Shown in pieces: positions 28,166 to 38,119 of a stretch of 64,000 nt of DNA; within the stretch, counting starts at the first letter, position 1; each line of letters starts with the position of its first letter. Below the pieces are notes generated by a model, which searched no databases, was not told where the DNA came from, and saw only the letters and a program-made list of their open reading frames with translations. Location of the stretch: contig CBDCCZ010000039.1 of the NCBI GenBank assembly GCA_965215005.1, positions 1-64,000 of the forward strand, given 5' to 3'. This DNA is from Kofleriaceae bacterium (GTDB taxonomy: Bacteria; Myxococcota_A; Polyangia; Haliangiales; Haliangiaceae). The translations under genes and the position numbers were made by a program.

Positions 28166-28897
28166 CACTCAGCGCCGCGGCCGCGTTGCCGCGTCCTCCC
28201 ATTCATCGCCGCTTCGGCGGGAGATGCGCCTCTCCCGTTGCACCGCACCGGGCAACGCTCCTTCGGAGCCGAAGTAGACAGTGGTCTGCGCGGAGTCGAA
28301 GGGCTCGGCGCTATCGGAGCCTCGCGGTCCAGCGTGGGTCAGCAGCCGCGCCGTCGGTGCGCGCGGCTCGATGAGCGCGATTTCGACGTAGCCGAGACAC
28401 CATAAGAGACGCTCGGTCCCGCGCCGCAGACGACCCACGGCCGCATCGGCGGCCGCCACCACGACCGCCGCGATTCCCGCAAGAAGCCCTAGCACCCGCC
28501 GCAGTAGCCGTTGGAGCACGGCCGCAGCGAGGTGATGGCGCGGCGCAAGGGCGACGCCACCGCCGCGGCGGTGTGTCCGCTGCACCCGCGCGGCGGGAAT
28601 GAGCGGCGCTTGCTGAGCTCGCAGCGCGCGCGACGGAGGCGCTAAGACCGGACGCATCCACGCCCGAGGTTGCAAAGGTCAAACCAAGCAAGAGTCGACA
28701 GCGACAGTGCGGGGTTTCGCCACCTTGGAGCCCGCTGCCCCCCCGAGATCGAGGATTTCAGTCTCCGGAGCGGTGTCGCGCCCGCCCTCGCCGGTAGACG
28801 TTCGAAATGAACGGTTCGCGTCGTTGAGAGCACGTCTCGCGACGCCATCTGCGGCCGCGGCTCGTTTGTATAGCGGCCTGCGCTACACTCGCCCGCT

Positions 28898-31126
28898 GTG
28901 AGCTACGGTCTCAAATTCGCTTTCATTTTCTCCTTCGTCACCGCCTGCAACTCGCCCAGCTCGAGCCCGCAGGCGCCGGCACAACGCGCTAGCGCCCAAG
29001 ATCCCGTCACCGCCGCCCCCACGCTCCCCGAGGTGGCGGCAGATTCGCGCGAGGCGCTGCTCGCCAAGGGCGTTGCTCACATGCTCGAGAACGAGCATCT
29101 CCGCCACAAAAGAATCGATGACGAGGTCTCGCGCGAGGCCTTCAGCGAATACTTGAAGATGCTCGACCCCGGCAAGATGTTCTTGCTGAAAGATGACGTG
29201 GCGAGCCTTCGCGCCTACGAGACGCAAATGGACGATCAGGTGCGTGCCGCCAACTTAACGCTGGCTCGCGCGGGCACTGCCATGGTGCGCAAGCGGCAAC
29301 AGGCCATCGCCGCGCGGATCGCTAGCCTCCTTCAGACCCCCTTCGACTTCACCGTAGCCGAGGAGATGGAGACCGATCCCGACAAGCTCGATTGGTCGCC
29401 GAGCGAGAACGACTTGCTCGAGCGTTGGCGAAAAATCCTCAAGCTTCAGGTTCTCGAGCGCATCACCACCATGGAAGAAATGGCCAAGGCGGTCGACAAA
29501 GCCAAGAAAGACTCACCTGAGGCCAAAAAGGCACTTGCTGCTTTGAAGGACGTGCCCGCGACGTTCGAGGGTAAAGAGAAGAAGGCGCGCGAGGAGTTGG
29601 CGGAGAGCTTCGCGGCGCGGTTCATCCGTCTCGAGGCAACCGAGCCGCTCGAGCCGGCGGAGATGTTTCTCAATGCGCTGGCCACCGTGTATGACCCGCA
29701 CACGGTCTATCTCGCTCCAGCCGACAAAGAGAACTTCGACATCCAGATGACCGGCTCGCTCGAAGGCATCGGCGCGCTGCTGGGCGAGAAGGATCACTAT
29801 ATTTCGGTCACGGAGCTGGTGCCCGGTGGTGCGAGCTGGCGCCAAGGAGACCTCGAGGCCGGCGACATCATCCTGGCGGTGGCGCAAGCCGGCAAGGAGC
29901 CCGTCGAGGTCATCGACATGCGCATCGACAAAGTCGTGCAGATGATTCGAGGGCCCAAGGGTTCGCTGGTGACGCTAACGGTGAAGAAGCCCGATGGCCG
30001 CATCGTGGTGGTGCCCATCACCCGCGATGTGGTCGAGATCGAAGCCGCGTATGCCCGCGGCGCGGTTCTCGATCTCGGTCCCAAGCACCCCGCGATGGGC
30101 TACATCTATTTGCCGAGCTTCTATGGCAACACGCGACATGACGGCAGCGGCACCGATCGCAGTGCTACGCAAGACGTCAAGAAGCTGCTCGGCGAGCTCA
30201 GCAAGCGCAACGTCAACGGCGTGGTGCTCGATCTGCGCGGCAACGGCGGCGGCCTTCTCGAGCACGCTCGCGACATCGCCGGCTTGTTCATAAAGCAGGG
30301 CCCCATCGTGCAAACTCGCTACTCCACCGGTGAAGCGCAGGTGCTCGAAGACGACGATCCGAGCATTGCTTTCGGTGGCGAGGTGGTGGTGCTCGTCGAC
30401 CGCTTCAGCGCGTCGGCCTCCGAGATCGTCGCCGCAGCGCTACAAGACTACCGCCGCGCGGTAATCGTAGGAACGGCGCCAACCCACGGCAAAGGCACCG
30501 TGCAGGTGCTGCTCGACCTCGACAAGCTACGACCGGGGCTGAGCAAACCGCTTGGAGTGCTCAAGCTAACGGTGCAGCAATTCTTCCGCGTCGATGGCGA
30601 CTCGACGCAATGGCGGGGCGTGGTTCCAGACGTGCTCTTGCCCGATCCGGTCGCCCACATCGAGAGCGGCGAGCGCTACCTCGACCACTCGATTCCATGG
30701 AGCGAGGTCGAGGCACTGCCGTATGAGGTATGGCCGAGCAGCCCCTGGGATGTCGATACGCTGATCGCCCAGAGCATGGTGCGACGCACCAAGCAGCCGT
30801 CATTCGCCAAGATCGAAGCCCGCGGTGCGCTGTTCAAGAGCCGGCAAGCCGACACCATGGTGCCACTGGAGCGAGAGGCGTGGATGGCGCGGCGTAAGCG
30901 CGATGAGCAGGCGCTAGAGGCTGTCGATCCGGAGCTCGACAAGAGCAAGGATCGCTTCTCGGTCAACGTCATCGAGTACGACGGCAGGAAGGCCATCAAA
31001 GACAAAGATGGCTCCGATGCCGTTGCCGAGTGGAAGCAGAACCTCGCCCATGACCCATGGGTGCAAGAAGCGCTGTACGTGTTAGCGGACATGCATAGCG
31101 CAGGCGTCAAGACCACCAAGAAATGA
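28898..31126 (+). CDS. prc: Carboxy-terminal processing protease (S41, Prc/Tsp type), lipoprotein
   Basis: DPHTVY, SLEGIGA, PDZ segment IRGPKGS, LDLRGNGGG, SASASEI, GKGTVQ; lipobox FVTAC. Confidence 0.93.
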   Translation: MSYGLKFAFIFSFVTACNSPSSSPQAPAQRASAQDPVTAAPTLPEVAADSREALLAKGVAHMLENEHLRHKRIDDEVSREAFSEYLKMLDPGKMFLLKDDVASLRAYETQMDDQVRAANLTLARAGTAMVRKRQQAIAARIASLLQTPFDFTVAEEMETDPDKLDWSPSENDLLERWRKILKLQVLERITTMEEMAKAVDKAKKDSPEAKKALAALKDVPATFEGKEKKAREELAESFAARFIRLEATEPLEPAEMFLNALATVYDPHTVYLAPADKENFDIQMTGSLEGIGALLGEKDHYISVTELVPGGASWRQGDLEAGDIILAVAQAGKEPVEVIDMRIDKVVQMIRGPKGSLVTLTVKKPDGRIVVVPITRDVVEIEAAYARGAVLDLGPKHPAMGYIYLPSFYGNTRHDGSGTDRSATQDVKKLLGELSKRNVNGVVLDLRGNGGGLLEHARDIAGLFIKQGPIVQTRYSTGEAQVLEDDDPSIAFGGEVVVLVDRFSASASEIVAAALQDYRRAVIVGTAPTHGKGTVQVLLDLDKLRPGLSKPLGVLKLTVQQFFRVDGDSTQWRGVVPDVLLPDPVAHIESGERYLDHSIPWSEVEALPYEVWPSSPWDVDTLIAQSMVRRTKQPSFAKIEARGALFKSRQADTMVPLEREAWMARRKRDEQALEAVDPELDKSKDRFSVNVIEYDGRKAIKDKDGSDAVAEWKQNLAHDPWVQEALYVLADMHSAGVKTTKK

Positions 31127-31244
31127 GCTCGTTGCGGCACCTGCTGGGGCGCTATGGGCCATTGCTCATCGGCAGCGCCCCGCCGTGCGGCTCACTGTGC
31201 TCATCCAGCCGGTAGCGGCTCTCGATCGGCTATAACCCCGCCCC

Positions 31245-32561
31245 GTGTCCCAATCTCAGGACCCAGAGCGCGTCATCGCAGCGGTGGCGACGCGCGGCCT
31301 CTGCCTCGAGCTCAACACCACCGACTTGTGCTTCGTGATCGCGCTGTATGCGCGCGCTCGCGCCGCGCAACTGGCCTCGTTTCACCCGGAGCAGCTCGAG
31401 GACGTATTCGCCGAGGTCTGTACCCTCACCTCCGACTCGACCCAGCTACGCAAGCGCGCCACCCATGCGATCGGCCGCCTGCGCGATCAACGGGTGCTGG
31501 CCCGAATCGACGGACTGGGGGTCGTGCGGGCGCCCGAATATGCGCTCACGCGCTTGGGCTCGAGCATCGCCGAGACGCTACTCGAAGAAGACGTGCTCAC
31601 GCGAGCGAGCCTGGATGTGTTGACCCGCACGCTGCGCGACGCCCTCGAGCGCATTGCCGACGCAGCGCGACGCGCCAGTGAGCCGACCGCGTGGCGCGAC
31701 GGCGTTGTAGACCCACTCGCGGTCGCCGTCGCGGATTTAATTGCCGGCATCGAGCGGCGTCAACGCGGACTCGATCAACAACAAGAACAACTGCAAGAGC
31801 AGATTCGCGAGCTCCTCGAGGCCGATTGGTTTGGCGCCGTCGAACGCTGCCAAACCATCCTGGCGACCACCAGCGCCACGCTGCGCAAGCTGGCCGAGCT
31901 GCTGCTGCGCGATACCCACGAGCTCGGAGCGGTGCTGCATGACATCTACGAGCTCGCGACCACGTCCGGCTCCGAGGAGGCCGAGCACGCAACGGTCCGC
32001 GTCATCGAACAGCTCGACCGCATTGCTGCTTGGGGCAGCGCGCGGCAAGCGGCGTGGTCGGATTACTTCGAATACGTGCATCGGTTCCTGCGCGATGTGG
32101 TGCGTCTGGACCCGGCGCGAGCGCTCAGCCAGCGGTTGCGCGAGCAGCTCGCCGGCAGCACCGCGCGACCGTTCGCCCTCGCGATCGCCGCTGCCCCGCG
32201 CCTGCGACTACTCCGCGACGTCGAGCTGCCGAGCGATGAGCGAGCGCCGGTGTCGCGACCGCGGTCCAAACGCGAGCGCGAGCCAGCGGCGGTGGCAACC
32301 GAGGATGCACGTGCGCAGCTCGCCAGTCGCGTGCGCGCATCTCTGGCCGAGGGAGCGCGCTCTCTGTCGGCGGTGACCGCGGACGTCACCGCCGACTTGC
32401 CGACCGAGGCGCATTACGGCGCTGCGGGTCGAGTCGCCGAAGCAGTGGCTGAGCTGCGACGGCCAAGCCCCGGGCGCGAGCGCGAGTGGACCGCGGCCAC
32501 GGAGGAGTTGCTAATCGAAGAGTGGCCGCTGCCCGGCGGCGAAGCGGGAGACCCACAATGA
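31245..32561 (+). CDS. mukF: Chromosome partition kleisin MukF
   Basis: 438 aa. RATHAIGRLRDQRVL, YALTRLG, LLEADWFGAVERC, LDRIAAWG and VHRFLRDVVRLD..RALSQRLR parallel E. coli MukF. First gene of a mukFEB operon. Confidence 0.9.
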   Translation: MSQSQDPERVIAAVATRGLCLELNTTDLCFVIALYARARAAQLASFHPEQLEDVFAEVCTLTSDSTQLRKRATHAIGRLRDQRVLARIDGLGVVRAPEYALTRLGSSIAETLLEEDVLTRASLDVLTRTLRDALERIADAARRASEPTAWRDGVVDPLAVAVADLIAGIERRQRGLDQQQEQLQEQIRELLEADWFGAVERCQTILATTSATLRKLAELLLRDTHELGAVLHDIYELATTSGSEEAEHATVRVIEQLDRIAAWGSARQAAWSDYFEYVHRFLRDVVRLDPARALSQRLREQLAGSTARPFALAIAAAPRLRLLRDVELPSDERAPVSRPRSKREREPAAVATEDARAQLASRVRASLAEGARSLSAVTADVTADLPTEAHYGAAGRVAEAVAELRRPSPGREREWTAATEELLIEEWPLPGGEAGDPQ

Positions 32562-33280
32562 GCAGTCACGCCGAGTTTGCCGAGCTCGCGGAGGTGCTCG
32601 CCACCGAGGTCTTTCCCGACGTCGATCTCGCGCTGCGAGCTGGCCGTCACATCGATCGCGACGACGAGCAGTGGTACGAGTTTCTGTGCGCGGGACAAGA
32701 GCACCTCGAGACGTTCTATCGCCGCTATGGCTGCGAGCTCATCCATCCGCCCGATGGCTACTTTTACCTCTTGCCGAGCGGCGATAAGTTGCCGCGACGC
32801 CACCTCAGCAGCGGCGATATGCTGGTCGGCCAAGCGCTGGCGCTGCTATATCTCGATCCCGCCACTGTCGAGCACGGCGGCAGCGTCCATCGCGATCAGG
32901 TGCTCGCGCAGCTCGACGGGGTGGTCGGCACCGACGCCCTAATCCGAGCGTTTCACCCGCAGCGCCGCCGCTACGACGAGCGCGTGGCGCAACAGGCGGT
33001 GCGCAAGAAAGTCGGCGAGTCGATTCGACGGCTGGCGGCGCTCGGGTTCCTTCGCCTCGCTGGCGAAGAGCATCTGCAACTCGGCACCGCGCTGCTCCGC
33101 TTCGCCGAGCCAGCACGCGCCAGTAGCGAGCCGGCAGCGGCTCTGCAGCGACTCATCGCTCGCGGTGAGGTGGCGCTCATCGAGGACCGCGCCAGCGAAG
33201 GCAGCGGCGGGGCATCCGGTGAGGTGGACGCGGGCTCCGGTGAGGTGGACGCGGGCTCCGGTGAGGTGGACGCGGAATGA
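32558..33280 (+). CDS. mukE: Chromosome partition protein MukE
   Basis: FPDVDLALRAGRHI...LETFYRRYGCELI..PDGYFYLLP and MLVGQALALLYLDP match MukE. ATGA overlaps with both mukF and mukB. Confidence 0.93.
   Translation: MSSHAEFAELAEVLATEVFPDVDLALRAGRHIDRDDEQWYEFLCAGQEHLETFYRRYGCELIHPPDGYFYLLPSGDKLPRRHLSSGDMLVGQALALLYLDPATVEHGGSVHRDQVLAQLDGVVGTDALIRAFHPQRRRYDERVAQQAVRKKVGESIRRLAALGFLRLAGEEHLQLGTALLRFAEPARASSEPAAALQRLIARGEVALIEDRASEGSGGASGEVDAGSGEVDAGSGEVDAE
33215..33275. repeat. 21-bp tandem repeat x3 in the mukE 3' end
   Basis: TCCGGTGAGGTGGACGCGGGC, encoding SGEVDAG. Confidence 0.9.
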
Positions 33281-36200
33281 GGACGCGCGCCACGGCGCTG
33301 GCGCTGGTGAACTGGCGTGGCGTCTTTTATGAGCGCTACCTGTTAGATCCACACGTCACTGCGCTCGAGGGCGCCAATGGCGCCGGCAAAACCACCGTGA
33401 TGATCGCCGCGTACGTGGTGCTGCTGCCCGATCTATCGCGGCTGCGCTTCACCAACCTCGGCGAGAGCGGCGCCAGCGGCGGCGACCGCGGAATCTGGGG
33501 GCGGCTCGGCGAAACCGGTCGCCCGTCCTACGCGGCCTTCGATCTCACGCTTGGCGATGGGTCGCGAATGGTCGTCGGAGTGCGGCTACGACGCAAAGCC
33601 GAACCAACCGTCGAGGCCACTCCGTTCATCGTCACCGGTCTGGGAGAGGCTGCGCTGCAAGATTTGCTGCTCGTCCGCCAGCTCGACGAGGACCACGTGC
33701 CGGAGCTCGACGAGGTGCGCGGCAACTGCCGGCGCCTGGGCGCCACGTTAGAGGTATTTCGCAGCAGCAAAGACTATTTCGCGGCGCTGTTCGAGCGCGG
33801 CGTGTCGCCCCTGCGGCTCGCCAGCGACGAAGACAAAAACAAGCTCAACGAGATGCTGCGCACGAGCATGACCGGCGGCATCTCCCGCGCGCTCACCAGC
33901 GAGCTGCGCTCGTTCTTGCTCAAAGAAGAAACCGGCCTTTCCGACACCCTCAGCCGCATGCGCTCTAACCTCGAGACCGCTCGCCGCAGCCGCTCCGAGG
34001 TCGCTGAGGCGCGCGTGCTCGAGCGCGAAATCACCGGTGTCTACGAGGCCGGCGCGGCCATGTTCGCCGCGAGCTGGCGCCTGCTTCGCAGCCAAGCCGA
34101 AGCGGCACGTGCCGCAAGCCTGGCCGCCGAGCAGGCGCTCCGCGCTGGCGAAGACGCGCGGGTGGCGCTCGCGACCACCGTTGCCGGGCATGCGGGAACC
34201 GTGGCCGAGACCCAGCGCCGCCTCGATGCCGCGCGCAAGGCAGTGCAAACCGCGGTTGCCGCGCGCCAACGACAGCAGCGCGCTGCGGCGCTCGCCGCAG
34301 CGCTAGCTAGTATCGATGCGGAGCTGGGCGAGCGGCATCGAGCAGCCATTGCCGCGCAAGCTGGGCTCGCGGCGATCGACTCCGAACGCGCCGAGCAGCG
34401 CGTGGCTCACGAAGCCGCGCGCGATGCCTACGACCGCGCCGCCCGCGGGCTTGCGCACCTGCAAGAGGGCCTGGACGAGCTGCATCGGCGCGCCAACACC
34501 TACCGCCGTGCCCAGCAGCGACTCGAAGCGGCGCGTAACCTGCTAGAGCAGCCGAGCTTGACCGCGGACGACGCCGTCGCCACTCTCGCCCGCCTCACCG
34601 AGCGCTGCGCCCGCATCGACCAGCAGCGCGCCCGCATCGACAGTGAGCTTGCGACCGCCAGCGCCCGCCACAGCGACTACGACGCCGCTAGCGCCGCCTT
34701 CGCCCGCATCGAGACGCGTCTGCGCGCGGTTCCTCTCGGAGACTCTGCACAAATTAGCGCTCATTCGAACGAGCAGCTCGCTGCGACGTCACAAGGGTCA
34801 CCCGCTCCGACGCCGCAACCATCCGAGCATGGCGAGAGCGCGCTGCACACGCGGGCTCGCGGCCAGCTCGCAACGCTCGCAGCTCATGAAGCCGCAGTCG
34901 CTCGCAGTAAACCGCTCGAAGCCGAGCTGCGCGAGGCAAGGGCTCTGTTCGATCGGCAGCGGCACGTGCGACAACACGCTGCGACGCTCGGGCTCGCGGT
35001 CGGTCGAGCCGGAAGTGCCGAGGCGCTCACGCAGCGCCTGAGCGAGCTGGAAGCTGCGTGGATTGCCGCGACCGAAGAGGCTCACGCGCATGCGCGACGC
35101 GCCGATGATCATGAACGCGCGGCCGTCGCGGCCGACATCGAGCGCCGCACGTTGGAAGACCGCAGTGCCCGCTGGAAAAGCGCCGTCCAGGCCACCGAGC
35201 GGCTCGCCGAGGCGCTCGGGACGGCCATCGCCGAGCTCGAGCATGGCGAGATCACAAAACGGCTCGCGCGCGAGCACGCCGCGGCGGTCGCGCGGCATGC
35301 AGCGCTCATTGACGAGCGAGAGGATGCGCTGCGCCGCGCCGCCGCCCTCGATGGCAGCGGCGGCGACCTCCCAAGTGAGCTCCTGCGGCTCCGCGATGAG
35401 CTCGGCGGCGAGCTCTTAGCAGCGCGATTCGAAGAGCTCGATCTCGCGACTGCAGCGCAGCTCGAGGCACGTCTTGGGCCATTGGCGGCAGCGATTGTCG
35501 TCGAGGACCCCGAGGCCGCCGCCCGCGAGCTCGCACTCCGCGGAATCGAGCCGACAAGTGTGTGGCTCATCGCTGCGGGCGCCAGCGTCACGGCGCTCGA
35601 CGAGCATAGCGAGCCAACCAGCGGCACCGTCATCGTGCGCGAGAGCGAGAGCTTGCGCGTCACCACCGTGCCGAGCACGCCGACTCTTGGGCGCCGCGCG
35701 CGGCAAGAGCGAGCCGCCGCGCTGCGCGCCCACGCCAAAGCGCTCGCGACCGAGCTCGATGAAGCGCTTGGCCAGATGCACGAGCTCGCCAGCTTGCGTC
35801 GCGACCTCGCCGACATCGGCGACGACGCATTGCTCGGCAGTGAAGATCCCAACGTCGCGCTCGCCACCTGCCTCCAGCTTCTTGACGAGGCGCGGCAGTC
35901 GGCGGGCGGTTGCCGCCGCGACGCCGAGCTGCAGCGCGCACGCAGCGCCACGCTGCGCGGCGAGCTCGATGCGCTGCGCCAGCTGCACGCCGACGCGCTG
36001 CTGCTCGATCCTCCCGACTATTCCGAGCGCGCCGAAAGGCTGGCAGCCGAGCTCCTTGTGGCGCGCCAGAGCCGCGCGCTCCTGGCCGACGTCGCGACCG
36101 ACCGCCAGCTCCTCTCCGAGCGCATCGACGCGCTGCGGGCCCCACCGCCGAGCACCACCACCCTGGCGGCCGAGCGCGCGTCGCTGGCCGCCGAGCGCGA

Positions 36201-37977
36201 TCGCGTGTTTGCTGCCCGCGAAGCGCTCGAGGAGCTGCTCGCGCACCGTCACGCGCTGACCTGGAGCGATGCGCAGCGGGCGGTCGATGAGCGCGCCAAC
36301 GTGGTTCCTGCGCTCGAAGAGCAGCACGCCGCGGCGCGCAGCGCTGTCGACTTGGCGGTTCAAGCACTCGCCGTGAGCGATCAAACGTGGCAGGCCGCGG
36401 CGCTCGCGCTGCAAAGCTGCGAGGCCGAGCGAGCTAGTGCGGTTGCCGCGCGCGAGCGTCTCGCCGCCGAGCTCGCCGCGCTCGGCGAGATGCACTCTGA
36501 CGCCGCCGACGTCGAGGCTGCCGAGGCCAAGGCTCGTCAGCTCGAGGCTGAAATTCTGGCCGTGGCTGAAGCCGGCGCACGCGACCGCCAGCGACTCGAG
36601 CACGCAGAAGCGCGCGTTCGCGAGCTACACGAGGACGCCGCCGCTGCCAACCGAGCCGCCACACCGGCGAAATTCGCGTGGAATGCGTTGCGGGATGCGT
36701 GCACCGCGCACCAGCTGGTGCCGCCCGCGAGCCAGGATCTCGGGCGACCCGCCGAGCTCGCGGCGGAGGCCACTACCCAGCGAGAGCTGCTCCTCGAGCG
36801 TCTGGCGCGCGCGCGCGGAGGCAGCGAGCTCGCCGCGCAGCTCACGCAACTCGCCGCTGGCAATCCAAAGGTCGGTGCTCCAGCGCGGACAAGCAGCAGC
36901 GACGACTCCACCCTCACGCTCATCGCAACCGCCGATGCGTTGCCAACCGGCGGCGACGCGCCGCCGAGCGGCAACGATGAAACTCCTCCCAACGCCGTCG
37001 ACGCGGTCATAGAAGCATGGCTGCTGGTGCGCGATTGGTTGCGACGGCGCGTGCCTGCCGCCGTCGCCGACACCGGCGATGCGCTGTTGGCGCTCGAGCG
37101 GCTGCGCGAGCACTTGGCGGTGCTCGAGTCGCGCCTTGGCCGTCAAGAGGCCGATCTGCGCGCCGCCGCCACCGATATTACGCGCGGCATCGAAGTCCAG
37201 CTGCGCCGCGCTAGCTGGCAAGTGCGCCGACTGAGCGAGCACCTCGAAGGAATCTCGTTCGGCAGCATCGGCGCCATCCGGGTGCAAATGCAGCGCGTCG
37301 AGCGAATGGATCAAATTCTCGCGGCACTGCGCGAAGGCGATGCCCAGGAGCTTTTGTTCCAGTCCTCGCTGCCCATCGAAGAAGCCTTGGAAGAGATCTT
37401 TCGCCGCTATGGCGGTGGCCGCAGCGGTGGCCAACGGCTCCTCGATTATCGCGAGTATCTGCACCTCACCGTTGAGATTCGCCGGCGGTCGGCGGAGTCG
37501 TGGGAGCCGGCGAACGCGACTCGACTGTCCACCGGCGAAGCCATCGGCGTCGGCGCCGCATTGATGATGGTCGTGCTGACCGAATGGGAGCGCGATGCCA
37601 ATCTACTGCGCGCGCGTCGCACCGGTGGCAGCCTGCGTTTTCTGTTCCTCGACGAAGCCAATCGCCTCTCACGCGATAACCTCGCGGTGCTGTTCGAGCT
37701 GTGCCGCCATCTCGATTTGCAGCTCCTGATTGCCGCACCCGAAGTTGCGCAGGCCGAAGGCAACACCACGTATCGACTGGTGCGACGCCTGCGCGACGAT
37801 GGTGGTGAAGAAGTTTGGGTGACCGGTCGTCGCGCTCGCGATCGAAGGCACTCGGAAGAGGATTCACCAGCAGAACCACTCTCGCCTGCAAAATCGGATG
37901 AGCCAATCGCGGCATTCGATAGCGAAATCGATCACGCTGCAGAGCGGCAGCTCGACGAGCCATCCCAACCGCGGTAG
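33277..37977 (+). CDS. mukB: Chromosome partition SMC ATPase MukB
   Basis: LALVNWRG...GANGAGKTT...LLPDL..LRFTN, GGISRALTSELRSFLL, hinge LGPLAAAIVVED, LLDYREYL, LSTGEAIG, FLFLDEANRL; long coiled coils. Confidence 0.95.
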   Translation: MRTRATALALVNWRGVFYERYLLDPHVTALEGANGAGKTTVMIAAYVVLLPDLSRLRFTNLGESGASGGDRGIWGRLGETGRPSYAAFDLTLGDGSRMVVGVRLRRKAEPTVEATPFIVTGLGEAALQDLLLVRQLDEDHVPELDEVRGNCRRLGATLEVFRSSKDYFAALFERGVSPLRLASDEDKNKLNEMLRTSMTGGISRALTSELRSFLLKEETGLSDTLSRMRSNLETARRSRSEVAEARVLEREITGVYEAGAAMFAASWRLLRSQAEAARAASLAAEQALRAGEDARVALATTVAGHAGTVAETQRRLDAARKAVQTAVAARQRQQRAAALAAALASIDAELGERHRAAIAAQAGLAAIDSERAEQRVAHEAARDAYDRAARGLAHLQEGLDELHRRANTYRRAQQRLEAARNLLEQPSLTADDAVATLARLTERCARIDQQRARIDSELATASARHSDYDAASAAFARIETRLRAVPLGDSAQISAHSNEQLAATSQGSPAPTPQPSEHGESALHTRARGQLATLAAHEAAVARSKPLEAELREARALFDRQRHVRQHAATLGLAVGRAGSAEALTQRLSELEAAWIAATEEAHAHARRADDHERAAVAADIERRTLEDRSARWKSAVQATERLAEALGTAIAELEHGEITKRLAREHAAAVARHAALIDEREDALRRAAALDGSGGDLPSELLRLRDELGGELLAARFEELDLATAAQLEARLGPLAAAIVVEDPEAAARELALRGIEPTSVWLIAAGASVTALDEHSEPTSGTVIVRESESLRVTTVPSTPTLGRRARQERAAALRAHAKALATELDEALGQMHELASLRRDLADIGDDALLGSEDPNVALATCLQLLDEARQSAGGCRRDAELQRARSATLRGELDALRQLHADALLLDPPDYSERAERLAAELLVARQSRALLADVATDRQLLSERIDALRAPPPSTTTLAAERASLAAERDRVFAAREALEELLAHRHALTWSDAQRAVDERANVVPALEEQHAAARSAVDLAVQALAVSDQTWQAAALALQSCEAERASAVAARERLAAELAALGEMHSDAADVEAAEAKARQLEAEILAVAEAGARDRQRLEHAEARVRELHEDAAAANRAATPAKFAWNALRDACTAHQLVPPASQDLGRPAELAAEATTQRELLLERLARARGGSELAAQLTQLAAGNPKVGAPARTSSSDDSTLTLIATADALPTGGDAPPSGNDETPPNAVDAVIEAWLLVRDWLRRRVPAAVADTGDALLALERLREHLAVLESRLGRQEADLRAAATDITRGIEVQLRRASWQVRRLSEHLEGISFGSIGAIRVQMQRVERMDQILAALREGDAQELLFQSSLPIEEALEEIFRRYGGGRSGGQRLLDYREYLHLTVEIRRRSAESWEPANATRLSTGEAIGVGAALMMVVLTEWERDANLLRARRTGGSLRFLFLDEANRLSRDNLAVLFELCRHLDLQLLIAAPEVAQAEGNTTYRLVRRLRDDGGEEVWVTGRRARDRRHSEEDSPAEPLSPAKSDEPIAAFDSEIDHAAERQLDEPSQPR

Positions 37978-38119
37978 CCGGATGCCGCGGTTGCGAACGC
38001 GTCGCCTGCGCTCGAATAACTCGCGCAAAGCGAGGCGCCGCGCGAACACTGTATTCGGCACAAGCCGTGCTACCGCCGCCTCCGTCCGCCTCATTCACAC
38101 GGCGGCCCAGGAGGACGTG

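Noticed and set aside
28169..28691. ORFs 28169-28675 and 28311-28691 as genes
   Set aside because: No recognisable motif or RBS; low-information Arg/Ala-rich translations. Cannot be supported, though a small gene here is not excluded.
31245..37977. Wadjet (JetABCD) defence system
   Set aside because: The motifs match MukF/E/B specifically, and no Toprim nuclease (jetD) flanks the operon.
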